From Rhizophagus irregularis (taxonomy: Eukaryota): a DNA stretch of 64,000 bases. The DNA lies in assembly GCF_026210795.1 (NCBI RefSeq), contig NC_089434.1, positions 1,550,001 through 1,614,000 of the forward strand, in the 5' to 3' direction. The notes under the pieces were generated by a model that was not told the origin of the DNA, ran no database searches, and worked only from the letters and a program-made list of their open reading frames with translations. The position numbers and the translations under genes were made by a program. The first letter of the stretch is position 1. Each line of letters opens with the position of its first letter. Positions 61,424 to 64,000 of this stretch are shown here, piece by piece.

Positions 61424-62370
61424 TTTTTTTTTTTTAATATAAAACTTTATTAGTATTATAATAACTACAGTATACACAATAATCAATTATAATATAGACG
61501 TATACACATCTCTCAATAAAGTTTCCCTCTTTGTATCGTATATATTGAGATCTACCCATTAAGCGTTGGTTAATTATGCCTTTGATAGCTTCATGAAAGA
61601 TTCGTCCATTAAATATGATTTTCGATCTATCATCTAAAATATTGAGTAACTCCATCTGGAGTCGGTAATCTATCTTTAGATCCTTGCTTTCTAGATTATT
61701 ATTTAATCTTTTAAACGCTTCATTAATGATTTGAGAAATCGTGGTTTCGTTTTCTTTGCAGATCCATATGTGCGTCCAATTTCAACCGTTCGATTGCACC
61801 TAATTCATATGCTACGCGTATAAATTTCAGGATTTCTTTTGTTTAATAACCCATTACTGGTAAAATTTCTAATATTATACGCTGTACGATCATTATTAGT
61901 CCACAATATTTCATTTTTAAATTATCTGTACTGACGATCTCCACTCCATATCCATATCCTGAATATTCATTCTCAATGATCTATTCACAACCATTCCGCT
62001 TTACATTTAACTTGATTATATTTTTTCATGAATTTCTTGAACTTTCTCGTAATATTTCCTTTCCAATACACCATATATTCCCACGAAGTCTCACTATCGA
62101 TATTAATATACACTCGGTAATCATCATCCTTTTCATTCAACCCTTGTTTACTTAATGAATCTGCTATATTGTTTCCTGTATCATCAGAGTGGACCTTTAC
62201 TTTATTCATCACTATAATCAAATTATTATCTTTCACCAAATTATACACCATTTTCCATATCCCTATTGAATTAACATTCCAAATTCTCCTTGTACCCATT
62301 GTAGCTCATCGTCCTCAAACAACATTTTCCATACACTAACTACTCCTAAATTATCTGCAATATTTAACAT
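61424..62370 (-). pseudogene. Degenerate 3' fragment of a LINE (RNase H end, decayed zinc finger, poly-A)
   Basis: NKVKVHSDDTGNNIADSLSKQG RNase H motif; T-run at ~61425-61435 as poly-A; many stops. Confidence 0.65.
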
Positions 62371-62840
62371 CTTTTAATTTTAACTATAAATAAATTATTC
62401 CGAAATAAAATCGGTAATTCTACAATTACCGTATATTTTTTTTCATTGGTAAATGTTTATCATCAAAAACGAAGAGATAAAATCATTCTAAAATTAAGAT
62501 AATTTTAACTGATTTTGGTTATTAAGATCAACACTAAAATGTCCGTCCAGCACGTGACGTCGTACAATATAAGTTAAAAATAATTACTCATATGAGTCAT
62601 GATGTGAGTTTCGTCATGAATAATCGAGTATATAATTTAAATAACATAAATATATCTTTTATCTTCTTTTTTTTTCGTCTTCTTTTTTTAGGTCTTCTTA
62701 TCTTTTTTTTTTTAGGTCTATCTTTTCTCTGTCTAGGTCTTCTCTTTATTATTAGGCTCCTTTCTTTACGTCTTCCTTTAGGTATGTGGGTTGAGAGTAT
62801 GTAGGGTTGTGTGTGGGTGGTGTGTGTATGTTTGTGTATT

Positions 62841-63390
62841 TCTTTCCCTTTCGTATTTCCTTTCCCGTTTTCCCCTTTCCCTCACGTATTACCCTATTCC
62901 CCTTTCCCTCTCGTATTCCCCTTTCCCTCTCGTATTCCCCTTTCCCTCTCGTTTTCCCCTTTCCCTCTCGTATTCCCCTTTCCCTCTCGTTTTCCCCTTT
63001 CCCTCTCGTTTTCCCCTTTCCCTCTCGTATTCCCCTTTCCCTCTCGTTTTCCCCTTTCCCTCTCGTTTTCCCCTTTCCCTCTCGTATTCCCCTTTCCCTC
63101 TCGTTTTCCCCTTTCCCTCTCGTTTTCCCCTTTCCCTCTCGTTTTCCCCTTTCCCTCTCGTTTTCCCCTTTCCCTCTCGTTTTCCCCTTTCCCTTTCGTA
63201 TTCCCCTTTCCCTTTCGTATTCCCTTTCCCTTTCGTATTCCCCTTTCCCTCTCGTATTCCCCTTTCCCTTTCGTATTCCCCTTTCCCTTTCGTATTCCCC
63301 TTTCCCTTTCGTATTCCCCTTTCCCTTTCGTATTCCCCTTTCCCTTTCGTATTCCCCTTTCCCTTTCGTATTCCCCTTTCCCTTTCGTTC
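62841..63390. repeat. 19-bp pyrimidine-rich minisatellite (~28 copies)
   Basis: Unit TCGTWTTCCCCTTTCCCTY. Confidence 0.95.
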
Positions 63391-64000
63391 TCCCCTTCCC
63401 CCCTGATCAATGTTGCTGCACCTCAACGTGGTGATCAGGTGACAACAAGTTTTTAAAAAGACTTGGCTAAGTCAGCAACAAATAGTAACTACATATTACA
63501 TAAGCCATATCGATTTAATAAAACATACCACAAGTTTTAATTTTGAAAGAGCCGTTGTTATTAACTCACTTTCTGGAGGTCCAAAGGCTATTGAAATATT
63601 ATCATTGAAGCAGTTAATATAAATGGACGTATGTATATATATAAATTATTTTTCAACAAGTTCTGTGATCAATAAACTAATTAATTAATATTTATTGGTT
63701 ATAATAGGTATTATCAACATAAAAAGAAATTACAAGTTTTTGATATATATGTGCGGTACTCTAAAACCCCTCAAAAAAACCTTACCTTAATAAACAACGT
63801 GATACCAAATATAACAATCTTCATATAATTCTGAATAATTTTTTTGTTCCTATTGGATAAAGAATTATAATTCACAAAATCTGGACTTGTTTCCACAAGC
63901 AATTTATATTCAATTAGTTGGTTAAGGAATGCCTGTGTTTATACAGCAGAAACAAAGTACATCTATACAACATTGGAGATATACTCAATATCGTTTAACC

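Noticed and set aside
62752..63456. Five overlapping 170-220 aa ORFs (GKG/ERE-rich and FPFP-rich)
   Set aside because: Products of a stop-free 19-bp minisatellite, open on both strands

Overview
AT-rich eukaryotic DNA with spliceosomal introns. The gene families (expanded Glomeromycota-type kinases and F-box proteins) suggest an arbuscular mycorrhizal fungus such as Rhizophagus; this is inference. Positions 1-28 kb hold host genes (three kinase paralogs or fragments, a secreted copper radical/glyoxal oxidase, an F-box protein) and several MITEs. Positions 28.3-60.6 kb are nested mobile elements. A Ty3/Gypsy LTR retrotransposon (488-bp LTRs, ATAC TSD) has its integrase split by a 25-kb Polinton/Maverick-like element (~485-bp TIRs, CTCAAC TSD; ~15.0 kb once its own insertions are removed). 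That element in turn carries a solo LTR, a MITE and an intact LINE. The Polinton-like element encodes an integrase-chromodomain, an A32-like packaging ATPase, a short protein-primed PolB, an SF3 helicase, a DUF5679-like protein and F-box proteins. I see no jelly-roll capsid and no adenain protease in it. Instead it has a tightly embedded retrotransposon-type Gag + aspartic protease gene with no RT. This is the main candidate for a previously undescribed system. Its genes share a candidate promoter (AATTGAAGAT) and a candidate T-rich terminator. All family assignments are motif recognition by eye; no searches were run.
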